Origin: Malacoraja senta
Lineage: Eukaryota
Direction: 5' to 3'
Length of the DNA: 64,000 nucleotides
NCBI GenBank assembly: GCA_038087875.1
Contig: CM075988.1
Location: 12,030,001 to 12,094,000 of the forward strand
Under the pieces are notes generated by a model that was not told the DNA's origin, made no database searches, and saw only the letters and a list, made by a program, of their open reading frames with translations. Position numbers and translations under genes: made by a program. The first letter of the stretch is position 1; each line of letters begins with the position of its first letter. Shown piece after piece: positions 61,851 through 64,000 of this stretch.

Positions 61851-62448
61851 GCTCAAGTCCAACATGTCGAGCAACCAAAATTCTTACGAGTGTGTGAGCA
61901 TGAGAATTTCTCATCATCCACTTCCGATTTTGTTCCCTACTCCCATTGCTCCCATGAGGAATTAATTGGAATCATTGACTTTTATTTGTGATCCATGGGG
62001 AATTTGAGACATTTTCATTGGATTCTCAGTCTTAATGACTGCATTTTTCGAACAATGTAGTGTGGACCCTTTCTGCAATACTGCAGCAGCTGTCACAGAT
62101 GAATGCAGAGTTCTGACATGAAGAGGCAATGATGAGCATGATTGTACTCTGAGAAAATGAATTGCACAGCTAATGAAAGAAGAATGAAATGCTTTAACTG
62201 GGGGTGGGGGGGGGGGGGGCATTCAATGGAATAAGCGTTATTTTGATCGCTCTTGTGTCAGTATATCCAGTAATTGCATCAAACCATCTCTGTGGAGTGA
62301 AGAAATAAATGTATTTGTACATCTAGCAAATTAGGAGCCTCCTGTTTACGGTATGCTACTTCCACTTAAAACATTCCAGTAGTCAGCTGCAGCAAACCAC
62401 ATAGTCTAGCTGTCACTGTGGGGATCCTTAGCAATCATGGGATTGTTT

Positions 62449-62639
62449 TAGACACAAAAAGCTGCAGTACTCAGCGGGACATACAGCATCTCTGGAGAGA
62501 AGGAATGGGTGACGTTTCGGGTCGAGACCCTTCTTCAGACCCAACCCGAACCGAAACGTCACCCATGTCCCGCTGAGTTACTTCAGCTTTTTGTGTCTAT
62601 CTTTGGTTAACACCAGCATCTGCAGTTCCTTCCTACACA
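62449..62639. mobile_element. Young PLE fold-back unit
   Basis: Flanked by CATGGGATTGTTTTA (62436-62450, 62638-62652; partly overlapping the element ends); tail on the right arm. Confidence 0.92.
62506..62543 (-). ncRNA. Minimal type I hammerhead ribozyme motif with 5-bp helix I
   Basis: Minus strand UGGGU-CUGAAGA-A-GGGU[CUCG]ACCC-GAAA-CG-UC-ACCCA. Confidence 0.75.
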
Positions 62640-62919
62640 TGGGATTGTTTTATCTCCTTGGCATGAATTTCAATGTTTTAAGCTCCAATCTTAACCTGAC
62701 CAAATGAGCAAGTGATTGGGGGTTCATTGGAAACTTATACCATCATTTAATCTCTCCCAAATGTTTTCTGATATTCAATAACTTAGGTTAAGACTAGAGA
62801 CGAGAAATAAAGAACAATTACTTTTCCACCGTATTCTAAAACTATAAATGGATGTAATAGAAACATTGGAATATATGACAGATCTGCCGATATTTATAGG
62901 ATTTGAGGGAAAATAAAAA

Positions 62920-63070
62920 CAAACCACTGGAGGAACTCAGCAATCATGCAGCATCTTTGAAAATAGATGAACGGATGATGTTTGGGATTAGGACCCTTCA
63001 GATTATTTGTGGAAGGAAATAAATTGTATTTTTGGTCAAGATTGCCAGCATCTGCAGTCCCTTGCATCTC
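62920..63070. mobile_element. Old degenerate PLE fold-back
   Basis: CTGGAGGAACTCAGC...GCAGCATC...GACCCTTCA, then CCAGCATCTGCAGTCCCTTG. Confidence 0.65.
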
Positions 63071-64000
63071 CATTTAAAAGATCTTTGTCAGACAAGAGGA
63101 AAATGCATGAGATATAATATAAAGAGAGGAGCCGAAGATGCAGCAACTGAAGTAACACATCTTGACGCATGGAATTGGCCTGTGCTTTTCCAGTCGCATT
63201 TTTTAATTGACTTGATTTGAACACAGTTGATGTATACTGGTGTCATCCATAACTAAATGTTGGTGAACAATAGATAGAGGTCAACAACAATGTCTGAAGC
63301 AAAGAGGTCTGGCTATTATACAATTTACAAATTTATATGTAGTTTGGGTAACCATGACACATTGATCTGAAGCATGAGGGATGATGCTTATGATATAGTG
63401 AAAGTCAGCCTTTATTGTATTAATAATTACAGAGTGGATATAGACAAAATGCTCCATGTCCCTGCAGATTATCTTGACAAAGCATGGCTGTCCAAATGAG
63501 CAAGTGAGTGGGCAACTATTGGAAACCAACAAAGTCATTTGATCCCTCCCAAATGTTGATGCTCACTAACAGGCCAAGACTAGGAACTGGATAATTGATA
63601 AAAGAACAATTACATTTCCACATTGTTCTTGAACTATCAATGGAAGTAATTGAAATATTAGAACATAAGGGGAAATTTGACTGCTTTGATAGCATGCAAT
63701 CTGGCAACATTGTCTTGGCTTGGTCCAACTAATATAAAGCATGAATAAACTCTACTCAATTAATTCTCACTAGTCAATTTTCTGTTTTGATTCTGCTATA
63801 AATCTCACATTAATTGGTGTCAATTCAAACAACTCATCACAAGAAGCTCAGAAACAGAATTTGATGGCAGTAATTGCTCACCAAAGTGGGTGACTGTTAC
63901 TTGGTCACTTCATCATACCCAGATGACAGATATAAAAAGAGAGTGCAACATATCTAGTTCAGTTTAATGCGTTCTCTCAATTTTCCTGTTTGTCCGAGTC

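Overview
Eukaryotic, AT-rich, repeat-dense sequence that looks intronic or intergenic. I found no recognisable intact protein-coding gene, rRNA, tRNA or CRISPR array. The repeat complement (HE1-type V-SINEs sharing a 3' tail with HER1/CR1-type LINEs, DeuSINE remnants) points to a cartilaginous fish, probably a skate or ray (inference). Contents: about 12 V-SINE copies; many CR1, Rex1/Babar, L2, RTE-derived and Vingi-like fragments; a 386-bp solo LTR with a 4-bp target-site duplication (TSD); a hAT MITE; and roughly 25 Penelope-like element (PLE) loci. The PLE loci include RT and GIY-YIG remnants and many short terminal-repeat copies. The best signal is that this terminal repeat carries a minimal hammerhead ribozyme motif (CUGAAGA-A-GGGU[CUCG]ACCC-GAAA-CG-UC). 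It is often inserted as a 135-470 bp fold-back unit with 13-15 bp TSDs, a junction near the ribozyme, and a ~35-nt tail on only one arm. All calls were made by eye and by recalled family motifs; boundaries of old repeats are approximate.
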